DNA from: Candidatus Hermodarchaeota archaeon
GTDB taxonomy: Archaea; Asgardarchaeota; Hermodarchaeia; Hermodarchaeales; Hermodarchaeaceae
DNA: 64,000 nucleotides
Direction of reading: 5' to 3'
NCBI GenBank assembly: GCA_016839365.1
Contig: JAEOUH010000071.1
Span: forward strand, 26,865 to 90,864
Shown in pieces: positions 39,721 through 49,526 of this stretch. The notes below the pieces were generated by a model. That model was not told where the DNA came from. It did no database searches and saw only the letters and a program-made list of their open reading frames with translations. The position numbers and the translations under genes are program-made. How positions within the stretch are numbered: position 1 is the first letter of the stretch; every line of letters starts with the position of its first letter.

Positions 39721-40962
39721 TCACTGGTTATGTTTGTTTTGTTGAGAACGCCAGTAGTGTTGTCCAATGAGATTGTCTTTTTTCAGAGAGTCGATGATTG
39801 CTGTTATGTCTTCACCTGTTCGGTGAGCGTGAAGGAGGAACCCAGCATTTCTAAGATCTCCTATTGCCTGATATCCCATGACTTGACCATCACAAAGAAA
39901 GAGTTTCTTGTAAACCTTGCTTCGATGTATACGAATAACCTCACAAGTCCCAATTTCCCTCGATGTTTGACCGATACTAACCACTGGAGTCTCGAAAATA
40001 TTAATCAAGTTAACAGCATCAGATCCTTGATAGGAAATCTGTTGACCTAGCATATTTTGTGCTGCGACTCGACCCTGGGTAATAGCGTTTGGCCAGATGG
40101 CATTGACCTTCAATTCGTTTGAGGCACGTTCTAATGCTTCCGCTACGTCTCCTGCAGCATAAATGTTTTTCACGTTGGTTTGCATGAATTCGTTAACTAG
40201 AATTCCTTCGTTGGTTCTAATCGGAGTTCCTTGAATGATATCAAGGTTGGGACGAACACCCACAGCCACGATGACCAAATCGCATTCCAGTTGTTTTTGA
40301 CCAACCTGTACACCTTGGGCGTTTTTTCCACCGAGAATTTGGTTCACAGTTGTCGAAGTATGAACTTCTATGCCTTGTTCCTGCAATAGTTGGTTCACGA
40401 TTTCCGCTGTATCTTCGTCTAGCATTCGAGGGAGAAGATAGCCTTCTCTTTCAATGATTGTCACTTGGGCACCAAGGCGATGGAGCGCGGTAGCACTTTC
40501 GATACCAACAAATCCCCCACCAATTACAACTGCATGTTTTATCTTGCTTTTCGCACGCGCAAGGATATCTTCGCTATCTCGTAAATTTACTAGAGTTACG
40601 ACACCACCTTTATCAAGCCCTTCTATTGGAGGTTTGATTGCAGTTGCACCAGTGGCAATGAGTAGCTGATCATAGGGAAGTTCGTCCCCGGCTTCGAGGA
40701 GAACCGAGTTGGACTGCGGATTCACCGCTTTTACCGTTGTGGCCAGTTTCATTTCAATTCCCGCGTCTTCGAAGTACCGGGAATCAAAGCGATCGAGATA
40801 TCGTTCATCAATTTCTCCAGCAACATAAGAGGGAAGAGAGAACAACGCGTAGAATCGTGTATCCTTTGTGATTAACACGACATCAAAGGTATTTCGATGT
40901 TCAATTAGTGTTTGAACTGCACTCAGCCCAGCAGCCCCACTTCCGATAATCACAAGGCGCAC
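39721..40962 (-). CDS. NirB/Nox-like FAD-dependent NAD(P)H oxidoreductase (AorC-like)
   Basis: GSGAAG, ATG, GGGFVG, IYAAGD. Confidence 0.82.
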   Translation of the reverse strand: MRLVIIGSGAAGLSAVQTLIEHRNTFDVVLITKDTRFYALFSLPSYVAGEIDERYLDRFDSRYFEDAGIEMKLATTVKAVNPQSNSVLLEAGDELPYDQLLIATGATAIKPPIEGLDKGGVVTLVNLRDSEDILARAKSKIKHAVVIGGGFVGIESATALHRLGAQVTIIEREGYLLPRMLDEDTAEIVNQLLQEQGIEVHTSTTVNQILGGKNAQGVQVGQKQLECDLVIVAVGVRPNLDIIQGTPIRTNEGILVNEFMQTNVKNIYAAGDVAEALERASNELKVNAIWPNAITQGRVAAQNMLGQQISYQGSDAVNLINIFETPVVSIGQTSREIGTCEVIRIHRSKVYKKLFLCDGQVMGYQAIGDLRNAGFLLHAHRTGEDITAIIDSLKKDNLIGQHYWRSQQNKHNQ

Positions 40963-41086
40963 GTATATCCACTCAATCCCACAGATAGCTCAGTTCGTAT
41001 ACAAATACGCTTGGTAGCAGCCCACAATTTTGGCGAATAACAGGTTTTTTAATAACATCTTGCATAGCCTCTGCGAGGTGACACTT

Positions 41087-41950
41087 TTGGAAATTAAAAA
41101 AGTCGCAGTCATTGGTGCTGGACTCATGGGTCACGGTGTTACACAGGTTTTGGCTCAGATTGCCGGTTATGAGGTATATCTGAAAGATATCAAACAAGAA
41201 TTCATTGACTCGGGTATGGGTCGAATCAAATGGAGCCTTGGCAAACTTGTCGAAAAAGAGAAACTCACTCAAACTGATGCGGATGCAACCCTCAACCGTA
41301 TCCACCCTACCCTTGATATGAAGGAAGCAATGAGTGACACTGATTTCGTCATTGAGGCAATACCTGAAAATTTAGATCTTAAGAAAAAGATCTTTGCTGA
41401 AATGGATGGGTTTGCACCTTCTCATGCAATACTTTCATCGAACACTTCATCAATCAGTATTAGCCGGATAGCCGCAGCAACTAAACGTCCTGATAAGGTC
41501 GTAGGTATGCACTTTTTCAACCCTGTACAGATCATGAAGCTTGTTGAAATTATCCGAGGAGAGAAGACGTCCGATAACACTGTATCAATAGTCGAAGAAG
41601 TATCACAAAAAATGGGTAAAGAGACCGTGCTTTGTAAGAAAGACTCACCCGGTTTTATTGTCAATCGTATATTAGTTCCTGCACTTAACGAAGCCATCTG
41701 GTTACTCCAAGAGGAAGTTGCGGAACCTGAGGATATTGATAAGGCAATCAAATTGGGATTAAACTGGCCAATGGGTCCAATCACACTTTTAGATTATGTA
41801 GGATTAGACACTACTCTTTCCATCACCAAAGTATTCCAAAAAGAGATGGATGAACACAAATACGCAGCTGCTCCACTACTAGGAAAGATGGTTAAAGAAG
41901 GCAAGTTAGGTAGAAAGACAAAGCAAGGATTCTATAATTGGAACAAATAG
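41087..41950 (+). CDS. 3-hydroxyacyl-CoA dehydrogenase
   Basis: GAGLMG, EAIPE, SNTSS, GMHFFNP, PGFIVNR, PMGP; TTG start after GAGGTGA. Confidence 0.92.
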   Translation: MEIKKVAVIGAGLMGHGVTQVLAQIAGYEVYLKDIKQEFIDSGMGRIKWSLGKLVEKEKLTQTDADATLNRIHPTLDMKEAMSDTDFVIEAIPENLDLKKKIFAEMDGFAPSHAILSSNTSSISISRIAAATKRPDKVVGMHFFNPVQIMKLVEIIRGEKTSDNTVSIVEEVSQKMGKETVLCKKDSPGFIVNRILVPALNEAIWLLQEEVAEPEDIDKAIKLGLNWPMGPITLLDYVGLDTTLSITKVFQKEMDEHKYAAAPLLGKMVKEGKLGRKTKQGFYNWNK

Positions 41951-42023
41951 ATTCCAATTCCATCTTGAACCTTTTACTGGCTCAAGCCCTCACTTTGAGG
42001 GTTAATTGAGAAGTGAATTCGGG

Positions 42024-42959
42024 TCACTTCTCTAGCTTTGCGCCACATTTTCCGCAGTGAGTGAACTCGCTGGGTAGGTATGCTGTTTTGCAGCTGGGAC
42101 AGGTTTTTTCCCAGGGTCCCCATTTGAATTCAGGTGATTTCCCATCTGCGGCTTCCTGTCGTAATCGCATGTATGCGGGGGGTCGTTTCTCAACGAACGC
42201 CCACATTCCTTCATGAGGTTCTTGAGAACTGAAATGAACACTTAGCCAATCTCGTACGCTTGGCCAAGTTAGTGACCAGACAAAGTCCTTCCAGAAGTTC
42301 ACTTGGGCTTTGGTAAAGCGGAGGCATTCGGGGAATTTTTCAAGGATTTTCTTTGACCATTCTGCGATAGTGTCATCAAGTTTGTCGTAAGGAACAACTT
42401 CGTTGACAAGTCCCCAATCCTTGGCTTTTTCAGCACTGATTCGATCACATGTGAAAAGCATTTCCCGGGCTCGGCGATCACCAATAATTAGTGGTAGCCA
42501 CTGAGTCGCGCCTCCCGCGGCAACACTTCCAACACGTGTTCCGACTTGTAATATTTCAACGTGGTCTGCAGCGATTGCAAGGTCACATGCCATTTGGACT
42601 TCATTTCCACCACCAGCAACGATACCATTTAGTCTCGCTATCACTGGTTTTCCACAATGTCGTAGCAGATGTAAGGCACGTTCGAAGATTTCACACCATT
42701 TCCAAAAGTCTCGGGGTTTTTTCGTGTATTTGGTTGCATATTCTTTAACATCGCCACCAGTGCAGAAAGCTTTCTTGCCTGCACCAGTAACGACGATGAT
42801 GCCAACTTCGTCATCCCATGATGCTGTATGAAGAGCATCACACATTTCGTTGAGCGTCAGAAGTGTATACGCATTATATTTGTCTGCACGGTTGATTGTG
42901 ATAGTGGCGACCCAGTCTTTCTTCTCATAGAGAATTTCTTTGTATTGGGGTTTAGCCAT
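42024..42959 (-). CDS. oah: 6-oxocyclohex-1-ene-1-carbonyl-CoA hydrolase (Oah/BzdY/BamA-like) with C-terminal zinc ribbon
   Basis: YNAYT, AFCTGGDVKEYATKY, GGGNE, GSVAAGGATQWLP; CPSC..CGKCG tail. Confidence 0.8.
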   Translation of the reverse strand: MAKPQYKEILYEKKDWVATITINRADKYNAYTLLTLNEMCDALHTASWDDEVGIIVVTGAGKKAFCTGGDVKEYATKYTKKPRDFWKWCEIFERALHLLRHCGKPVIARLNGIVAGGGNEVQMACDLAIAADHVEILQVGTRVGSVAAGGATQWLPLIIGDRRAREMLFTCDRISAEKAKDWGLVNEVVPYDKLDDTIAEWSKKILEKFPECLRFTKAQVNFWKDFVWSLTWPSVRDWLSVHFSSQEPHEGMWAFVEKRPPAYMRLRQEAADGKSPEFKWGPWEKTCPSCKTAYLPSEFTHCGKCGAKLEK

Positions 42960-43116
42960 CTTAACCACCAAAGTTGGTGAGTAAGTAATAGATTCTCTTA
43001 TTTGAAGTTTCTACTTGATACTAGAACTTTGAATAAGTATAGAATATTCCATTATGAAAATGGATGTAAAAGGAAGGCACTTCAAAGAATCTATCTTATC
43101 TGCACTGATTAGCGAG

Positions 43117-43527
43117 TTAAGCAGGAATGAATACGTAGGAATCCAGCCCAAATGATTTCTTTATCTTAATTTTTATTGGAGTACCAATTTTTAGATCTTC
43201 AAATTTAGCATTTTCTACTCGGGCAACGACTAAAATCCCTTCATCGAGTTTCCCGATGGCAATGATATATGGTAACAAATCCTTGAATGCCGGAGGTGAT
43301 GCTCCGACATAGGTTTTCGCATAGATTTCTCCAGTACCTTTCAGTTCAATCCATTCTGCAACCTTGCCTCCACACTGGGGGCAAGTGGATTTTGGAGGCC
43401 ATAAAACGCCACAGTTTGGGCATTTTGTACTAGTAAATCTATTTTGAGCAAGATTATCCCAGAATGGTTTGATTTGAGATTCAGGATAGACAAGATAGTA
43501 GGGAAGGTTCATGGGTTGTTCGGTCAA
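43117..43527 (-). CDS. DUF35 zinc-ribbon/OB-fold thiolase partner
   Basis: CPNCG..PP..CPQC, GEIY, PY; follows the thiolase. Confidence 0.85.
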   Translation of the reverse strand: MTEQPMNLPYYLVYPESQIKPFWDNLAQNRFTSTKCPNCGVLWPPKSTCPQCGGKVAEWIELKGTGEIYAKTYVGASPPAFKDLLPYIIAIGKLDEGILVVARVENAKFEDLKIGTPIKIKIKKSFGLDSYVFIPA

Positions 43528-43528
43528 T

Positions 43529-44698
43529 TTAGTTCTGCCTCCTTAGAATGTGAACAACATGATGTGTAGCAAACCCACTAAGGTTCTGGGTAATTCCTGT
43601 GATTGCACCATCGACTTGCCGTGGGCCACATTCACCGCGTAACTGTTCTGTTATTTCAGCAATTTGTGCAACACCTGTCGCACCCACAGGATGCCCTTTT
43701 GATTTGAGACCTCCAGAGGGATTAACAGGAATTCGTCCTCCGATTTCATTTTCACCACTATCAATTAGTTGTGGTCCTTCTCCTTTCTTACATAATCCGA
43801 GATCTTCACATTCAATGAGTTCTGCAATAGTGAAGCAGTCGTGGGTTTCTGCAAGATCCATATCTTTGGGTTTGAGTTTTGCCATGGAATAGGCATTGTT
43901 TGCAGCATTTACTAATGCTCGCCATGTTGTCAGACTCTGCATATTTGAACAATTTAATGAAGGTTCCATGAATTGTCCTGAACCGATGACATCAACAGGA
44001 GTATCGTTGTACTTTCGGGCTTCTTTCGCAGGGACAAGAATTGCTGCTGCGGACCCATCGGAAATCGGACTACAGTCATAAAGATTCAATGGGTGTGCAA
44101 TCATGGGTGATTCAAGGACAGTTTCAATTGTAATTTCTTTTCTAAACTGTGCGATTGGGTTTTTAGCGCCATTCTTATGATTTTTCACAGCAATCTTTGC
44201 TAGTTGTTCCTGAGTTACACCATACTCATGCATGTATCGTGATGCTATGAGGGCAAATCCTGAGGGAGGAATCATACCATGAAAACTTTCCCACGTTAGA
44301 TCCTCTACTAAGCAGAGATTACGCATGGCTTCAGGAGAAGGTACATTGCACATTTTTTCTACGCCAGAAACAAGTGCAGAGTTCGCTTGTCCAGATGCAA
44401 TAGCGAAGAACGCATTGCGAAATGCAGCGCCTCCACTTGCACAGGCCATTTCAATTCTTGAGGTTACCTTCGGGGATATTCCCAGAAATTCAGCAGCAAG
44501 ATTTGCCGGATGAGCTTGTTCGGTAAATCGTTCTGATTGAGCATTAGCAACATACAATGCTTCAATATCCTTTGATGCTAGCCCCTTTGTATCTTCGAAG
44601 GCATGTTCTGCTGATTCAACAATGAGTTCACCCAATGAAACATCATTTCGTTTGCCCCATTGTGTGAGTCCGACACCTACAACAGCTACAGGTCTCAT
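43529..44698 (-). CDS. Archaeal SCP2-type thiolase
   Basis: EMACASGG, KNHKN, ETHDCF, KGHPVGATG. Confidence 0.9.
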   Translation of the reverse strand: MRPVAVVGVGLTQWGKRNDVSLGELIVESAEHAFEDTKGLASKDIEALYVANAQSERFTEQAHPANLAAEFLGISPKVTSRIEMACASGGAAFRNAFFAIASGQANSALVSGVEKMCNVPSPEAMRNLCLVEDLTWESFHGMIPPSGFALIASRYMHEYGVTQEQLAKIAVKNHKNGAKNPIAQFRKEITIETVLESPMIAHPLNLYDCSPISDGSAAAILVPAKEARKYNDTPVDVIGSGQFMEPSLNCSNMQSLTTWRALVNAANNAYSMAKLKPKDMDLAETHDCFTIAELIECEDLGLCKKGEGPQLIDSGENEIGGRIPVNPSGGLKSKGHPVGATGVAQIAEITEQLRGECGPRQVDGAITGITQNLSGFATHHVVHILRRQN

Positions 44699-44790
44699 TC
44701 TACTTCACCATTCAATTCGAAAGGAGCAACTCATCCTTTTTGCACCCTGCACTCTTTTAAGTGCATTCAACAAGCAATTTTAGTAAAAAT

Positions 44791-46725
44791 TTATTTTGAA
44801 TCACGTATTGAATCAAAAGCTTCAGGATTCTCAACTGAGGATAAGTCACCGACGTCTTGTCCAAGATAAACTCGTTTGATTAATCGTCGGACAATTTTAC
44901 CTGATCGGGTTTTAGGCAGAGCTGTTACAAATCGTACTTCTTCTGGAAGGAAGGGTTTTCCCATCGTTTTTCCAACATATTGTTTCAACTCTTCTCGAAG
45001 GTCCTCACTGATTTCAAATCCAGACTTGAGAACAACATAGGCAATGATTCCAGCCCCTTTGATTTCATGAGGAACTCCTACAGCAGCAACCTCAGAAACC
45101 GCTTTGTGGCTGATTAGGGCTGTTTCAATCTCAGATGGTCCAACTCGTTGACTTGACACCTTAATAACATCATCAGCCCGCCCCAAGAGGAACCAAAATC
45201 CATCCTCATCAACTTGAGCAAGATCACCATGCCACCACACACCTGGGAATGTCGACCAATATGCTTCGATATAACGGTCTGGGGCATTCCAGAAACCTCT
45301 TGTCATTGAAGGGGCTGGCTTCCGGCAAACTAAGGTGCCAATATCTCCTCTAACACTTTTTCCTTGATCATCAACACAATCAATATCCATCCCCAACCCG
45401 GGGCCACGAAGAGTTCTGGGCTTTAAATCGTTGATAGGCATGGGGCTCAAGAAACAACCAAAAATCTCAGTTCCTCCAGATATGTTGATTATTGGAAGTT
45501 TGTTTTTTCCAACCATTTTGAAATACCAGAGCCAACTGGTATCATCCCAGGGTTCGCCTGTAGAACCCAAAATGCGGAGAGAGCTTAAATCATGTTTCTT
45601 AACCCAAGTATCACCTAACCTAATGAGATATCGAATTGCTGTAGGCGAAATGCCAAATGCTGTAACTTTATGATCATGGATGGTTTTCCATAACTGATCT
45701 GGTGCTGGATAGTCAATTGCACCCTCGTAGATGAGATGAGCAGCACCTTGATGTTGTGCTCCAACGATTTGCCAGGGTCCCATCATCCACCCAAGATCAC
45801 TCAGCCAAAACAGAGTATCAGTTTCTTTGATATCACAATAATAAGCGACTTCTTTGGCAGCCTGAGCTAAAGCCCCAGCATGGGAATGGACTGTACCTTT
45901 TGGCTTCCCAGTTGTGCCAGAACTGTATAGCACCATGGCAGGGTCTTCTGAATCCATTTGTACTGTAGATGCAGAAGACTCCATGCTGTCAATGGTATCG
46001 TGCCACCATAAATCAACAGCTTCATTCCAAGGAATTTTGATATCAAACCGATTGAATACAATCAAATGTTTAATCGATTTGACTCCATCAATGCTTATGT
46101 CAGCATTTTGTTTGAGAGGGATTTTTTTTCCACGTCGAGTCGAGTAATCCGCGGTAAAGAGAATTTTTGCTCCAACATCTTGGATACGCATTTTCACAGC
46201 ATCAGGACTAAATCCAGAGAAGATTGGAACACCAATGGCTCCAATTTTATAACTGGCTAATAAAGCCATTACCGTTTCTGGAACCATTGGCATATAGATT
46301 GCGCAGGGATCGCCTTTTTTAATGCCTAACGAGTATAAGGCATTTGCAAGTTTACAAACTCCCTCATCAAGTTGTTTATAAGTAAGAATTCTTTCCTCAC
46401 CAGTTTCGCTCACCCAAATGAGTGCCATTTTTTCTGCACGTGGTGAATGAACATGACGGTCTAGAATGTTGTGAATAATGTTGATTTTACCATCAAGAAA
46501 CCACTTGGTCCATTCAATTCCTTTTGAGTCGTCTAATACTTTTGAATAAGGCTGATACCATTCGACACCAAGATCCTTGAGGGCTGCATCCCAAAACCAT
46601 TCAATGTCTTCTGTACTTCGATGTATTAGTTCGTCGTATGTTTTGATATTGTGTTTATTCATGAAACGGCGAATGTTACTATGGGTTTGATATTTACCAG
46701 AAGAACGCCAAACAATTCCATCCAT
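44791..46725 (-). CDS. AMP-forming acyl-CoA synthetase (acetate/acetoacetate-CoA ligase-like)
   Basis: YSSGTTGKPKG, GSTGEPW, SGGTE, HGD, GRADD, PKTRSGK. Confidence 0.88.
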   Translation of the reverse strand: MDGIVWRSSGKYQTHSNIRRFMNKHNIKTYDELIHRSTEDIEWFWDAALKDLGVEWYQPYSKVLDDSKGIEWTKWFLDGKINIIHNILDRHVHSPRAEKMALIWVSETGEERILTYKQLDEGVCKLANALYSLGIKKGDPCAIYMPMVPETVMALLASYKIGAIGVPIFSGFSPDAVKMRIQDVGAKILFTADYSTRRGKKIPLKQNADISIDGVKSIKHLIVFNRFDIKIPWNEAVDLWWHDTIDSMESSASTVQMDSEDPAMVLYSSGTTGKPKGTVHSHAGALAQAAKEVAYYCDIKETDTLFWLSDLGWMMGPWQIVGAQHQGAAHLIYEGAIDYPAPDQLWKTIHDHKVTAFGISPTAIRYLIRLGDTWVKKHDLSSLRILGSTGEPWDDTSWLWYFKMVGKNKLPIINISGGTEIFGCFLSPMPINDLKPRTLRGPGLGMDIDCVDDQGKSVRGDIGTLVCRKPAPSMTRGFWNAPDRYIEAYWSTFPGVWWHGDLAQVDEDGFWFLLGRADDVIKVSSQRVGPSEIETALISHKAVSEVAAVGVPHEIKGAGIIAYVVLKSGFEISEDLREELKQYVGKTMGKPFLPEEVRFVTALPKTRSGKIVRRLIKRVYLGQDVGDLSSVENPEAFDSIRDSK

Positions 46726-46860
46726 ACTGCGACACTCCTAGGGAATATTATATACTGATATCGTTCAGTCTTTGTTCATATTTCTTTGTGATGATGTGTC
46801 TGTAACAATGAAATACTTTTTTACAGTAGATGTTTGTATTTGAGAAAAAGGTGGTCGATT

Positions 46861-48021
46861 GTGACAAATCGTGTTGCCATTATTGGCGTTGGGCAAAGTA
46901 GTTTTGGAATACGTCCCGACTCGTCAATCCGTGATTTGACATTTGAAGCATTTCACGATGCTATTGAGGATACCAAGAATCTGGACAGGAATGATATTGA
47001 TGCTTCATTGATTGCCACTGCAGCTGGCTATGATAAACAGAGGTCACCTGCAGCCGTGATTGCCGAATACTTAGAATTAAACCCTCAACCGACGTTTCTG
47101 ACTGAAGCGGCTTGTGCATCTAGTACAGTTGCATTACGGACGGCTTGGTCCTTTGTGAAATCTGGTCTGCATGATGTTGTAGCTGTGATTGGTTATCAAA
47201 AAATGACAGATATGACCTCAGATGCAATTCAAGAAGTCATGGGCCGTGCAGGGGATGTGATGTTTGAATCATCTTTTGGGACTAGTATGCCAGCATATTA
47301 TGCCATGTTCGCCCGAGCACACATGAATGCATACGGGACAACAGAAGAAGACCTTGCTAAGGTTGCGGTAAAGAATCATTATTATAGCCAATATAATCCA
47401 AAAGCGATGTTTCAAAAAGAATTCACCTTGGAGAAAGTCCTGTCCACACGCGTAATCGCCAGTCCATTGAAAAGCCTCGACTGCTGTGCAAATGCGGATG
47501 GTGCGTCATGCGTTATAGTGGCAAATGAAACAAAAGCAAAGAAGTTTGCTGAGCAGCCTGTCTGGATTAAGGGGTTGGGTCTAGGTTCGACAGCCATGTC
47601 ACTTGCTAGCCGTAACCCGCCTTTCACCGGCTTTGAAAGTGCAAATGAAGCAGCCCGGCAAGCATACGCTATGGCAAAAATTCAGCCCACAGATATCGAT
47701 GTTGCTGAAGTTCATGACTGCTTTACAATTGCAGAATTGATTTCTTATGGAGATCTCGGATTCTGTAAACGTGAAGACAGCCCCAAAATGATTCGAGAAG
47801 AAGAAACGCATCTTGGTGGACGCATACCTGTGAATATTGATGGTGGACTTCTATCAAAGGGTCATCCAGTTGGAGCAACCGGAGGTTCTCAGATTCGAAC
47901 CCTTGTTCACCAACTTCGTGGTGAAGGAGGAAAAGTGCAAGTCGATGGAGCTAAGATCGCCTTAGGTCACAACGTTGGTGGCATTGGAATGTATACCAAT
48001 GTGACTATTCTGGAGGCGTAA
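46861..48021 (+). CDS. Archaeal SCP2-type thiolase (second paralog)
   Basis: EAACASS, KNH, EVHDCF, KGHPVGATG. Confidence 0.9.
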   Translation: MTNRVAIIGVGQSSFGIRPDSSIRDLTFEAFHDAIEDTKNLDRNDIDASLIATAAGYDKQRSPAAVIAEYLELNPQPTFLTEAACASSTVALRTAWSFVKSGLHDVVAVIGYQKMTDMTSDAIQEVMGRAGDVMFESSFGTSMPAYYAMFARAHMNAYGTTEEDLAKVAVKNHYYSQYNPKAMFQKEFTLEKVLSTRVIASPLKSLDCCANADGASCVIVANETKAKKFAEQPVWIKGLGLGSTAMSLASRNPPFTGFESANEAARQAYAMAKIQPTDIDVAEVHDCFTIAELISYGDLGFCKREDSPKMIREEETHLGGRIPVNIDGGLLSKGHPVGATGGSQIRTLVHQLRGEGGKVQVDGAKIALGHNVGGIGMYTNVTILEA

Positions 48022-48035
48022 TTTAAAAATTTGAG

Positions 48036-48467
48036 GTGAGAAGAATGGGGTTTGAACAGTTTGGTTTTGTCAGTTATGTTTCGCAAACAAAAATCGGTAA
48101 GTTTACTGAATACCTTAAAAACAATCGGCTAATGGGGACAAAATGTAAAAAATGTGGAAAAGTCTATTTTCCCCCCCGTGGTGATTGCACTTCATGTTTT
48201 GGAGAGGAAATTGAATGGATTGAAATGAAGGGGGAAGGCAAACTTGTTACTTACACTGAAGTCAATTTTGCTCCAACTGGATTTCAAGATGATGTTCCCT
48301 ATATCCTAGCATTAGGACAGTTAAACAGTGGACATTATGTATTTGCCCGATTTGCCAAGGATGTCCAGATGGAACAGGTGAAAATTGGGATGTCCATTCA
48401 ACTAGTCCCGTTTAGAATTGATGAGGAGCGAATAACCTACGAGTTTCAGATTCCCTATTTTGACTAG
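48036..48467 (+). CDS. DUF35 zinc-ribbon/OB-fold thiolase partner
   Basis: CKKCG..PPR..CTSC, GKLVTYT, APTGF, VPY. Confidence 0.87.
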   Translation: MRRMGFEQFGFVSYVSQTKIGKFTEYLKNNRLMGTKCKKCGKVYFPPRGDCTSCFGEEIEWIEMKGEGKLVTYTEVNFAPTGFQDDVPYILALGQLNSGHYVFARFAKDVQMEQVKIGMSIQLVPFRIDEERITYEFQIPYFD

Positions 48468-49513
48468 CGGAATTCTGGTATGACCTCAGTGGCGAAGAGC
48501 TTTAGGGTATCCTTGAGCATTTTTGGAGGAACAAAGAAGTTGACAACCAAATGCTGTACACCAGCCTTTTGATAAGCTTTGATGCCTTTGATAACATCAT
48601 CTGGTGTTCCAAAGAAAACAGGGGCTTTGTCAAGAACTTCATCGGGAATCTCTTTGGCCATCGCGAGTAATTTTTCAGTAACATCTGAGTTCATCACAAG
48701 ATGCCACGTCATATCAAATTCGTCTGTGATATCTTTATAGCCTAATCGATGAAGAATACGGGGTCGTGTAAGAAAATAGATTTTCGCTCCTAGTCCCACG
48801 CTTTTTCGAGCTGTCTCATACTCATCGGCTACTACTGTAAACACAAATGCTGCTGGCTCAATTGCATTAGGATCCCGTTTTGCCTGCTTCGCATGAGCTC
48901 GAACAATCTGTAATTTTTCTGCATATTCATCTGGGAACATGCTAGCGGGAACCCATCCATCTCCTAATTCTCCTGCCATCTTCATGGTTTTAGGCGAATT
49001 AGCGGCTATCCAAACAGGAGGATTTGGTTCCTGAATTGGTCGTGGTTGGAGAAACGCATTATCTAGTTTGTAATACTTACCCTTGTAATTGGACACTTCT
49101 TGTGTCCATAACATTCTCATGACTTTCACGGCTTCACGTGTGCGTCCAAGAGGTTTTTTGAGATCAATTCCGAATGGGAAGAGATTCATTGCCTCACCCA
49201 GCCCAATACCGACAATTGCGCGTCCATTTGAGATGTGATCACAGGTGGTGACCATCTGTGCCAAAGCCGCTGGATGGTGGCGATAAGTATCACCTACGCA
49301 AGTACCTAATTTGACATTCTTCGTCTGAGTGGCCACAGCAGAGAGTGCTGACCAAGCTTCCAAAGCATCCCACCGCCGAATACCAAATCCAACTGTATGA
49401 TCTGGCATCCAGAAGGAATCAAATCCCATTTTTTCGATATACGTTGCTGTGTCAAGGATTTGGTCCCAAGCTGATGGTGTGCTCACCACTCCAAATTTCA
49501 GTAGGTCTGACAA
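48464..49513 (-). CDS. LLM-class flavin/F420-dependent oxidoreductase
   Basis: GFDSFWMPDH, HPAALA, GRAIVGIGLG, PPVWIAA, GDGW. Confidence 0.87.
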   Translation of the reverse strand: MSDLLKFGVVSTPSAWDQILDTATYIEKMGFDSFWMPDHTVGFGIRRWDALEAWSALSAVATQTKNVKLGTCVGDTYRHHPAALAQMVTTCDHISNGRAIVGIGLGEAMNLFPFGIDLKKPLGRTREAVKVMRMLWTQEVSNYKGKYYKLDNAFLQPRPIQEPNPPVWIAANSPKTMKMAGELGDGWVPASMFPDEYAEKLQIVRAHAKQAKRDPNAIEPAAFVFTVVADEYETARKSVGLGAKIYFLTRPRILHRLGYKDITDEFDMTWHLVMNSDVTEKLLAMAKEIPDEVLDKAPVFFGTPDDVIKGIKAYQKAGVQHLVVNFFVPPKMLKDTLKLFATEVIPEFR

Positions 49514-49526
49514 AATCTTTTCCTCC

